From the human T2T-CHM13v2.0 reference genome, Homo sapiens, in NCBI RefSeq assembly GCF_009914755.1, contig NC_060947.1: 64,000 nt of DNA; one strand, 5' to 3'. The translations under genes and the position numbers were made by a program. Under the pieces are notes generated by a model. That model searched no databases. It saw only the letters and a list, made by a program, of their open reading frames with translations, and had not been told where the DNA came from. Positions 63,281 to 64,000 of this stretch are shown here, one piece after another. How positions within the stretch are numbered: position 1 is the stretch's first letter; every line of letters starts with the position of its first letter.

Positions 63281-64000
63281 AAAAGAAAATAGAATATTTT
63301 GTTTTGGAAAATATAGTTATTCTTCATAAAGCAAGTATTTTTAAATTTAAGTATGAAATAGGCTTAACATTGTTATTTTAATGAATAAATATAGTTAAAA
63401 TGGCCTAGCATTACTTTCTAATTTTCAAATATTAGCAGAAATAAGCCACATAAACAAAAGCTTTTGATGGTCTTCTCAACAAAACGTTTGAGAACAACTA
63501 TTCTTGTAGAATTCAGGAAGGTGGCCTTAAGTCGGCCTCATACAGTCTCATGAGCTGACTTTCAAATCTTCAACTCTCTCCTGCACCATTTCTGTCCAAA
63601 AAGCATAATCCAGTAATGAGTCAGAATGAAAAGTGCAGTCTGCATTGTCAGGTGACAAAAAAATCAGAAGGTGGACCTGTGGTCCGCTGTGTCCCTCACT
63701 TTTCCTAGACATTATATCCTTCAATGCATATCATTCTTGAATGTACTTTTCTCATGCAACTTAACGTCATTCCGTATCATTACATAGCATTCTACCTCAT
63801 TATCATCCCATTGCATAGATGGAACTATGTACGTCTGTAGTGTGTCTGTGCTCTATCACAAACATCTTTTTCAAAACGTTCCTTCTGAGGAATCACAGGA
63901 GTATAGAAAAGTGCCACCTGCTGAGCAGAGCTTGTGTTCTGCACAATGACAGTGAAAGGAAAGCACACCAAGGACACTTAGGGCACCAGGAACAAAGTTC

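Overview
This is primate (human-like) genomic DNA with no supportable protein-coding gene, RNA gene or CRISPR array. Bases 1 to about 50,000 are almost entirely nested transposable elements: L1s of several ages, Alus, MST/THE1/MLT2/MER4/MER34/MER11 LTRs, a complete 7.66-kb MER57-type provirus inside a near full-length L1MA, and a decayed ERVL-class provirus with a MER77-like LTR. A 3.1-kb AT-rich tract at 8.2-11.3 kb contains a 33-bp palindromic minisatellite. Bases 50-64 kb are mostly unique non-coding sequence with sparse repeats. The supplied ORFs I could interpret are TE remnants or repeat artefacts, and the rest are short and unsupported. I found no new gene system. The best observations are footprints of DNA rearrangement: (1) a young ~506-bp templated insertion copied from 2.6 kb downstream with a fold-back junction, (2) an L1 3' transduction, (3) a micro-inversion that created a 17-bp hairpin, (4) the palindromic minisatellite and a 75-bp AT-rich inverted repeat, and (5) an unexplained ~125-bp-arm inverted repeat at 59.7-60.1 kb. 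Repeat subfamily names come from recalled consensus sequences, not a database search. Boundaries without TSDs are approximate.
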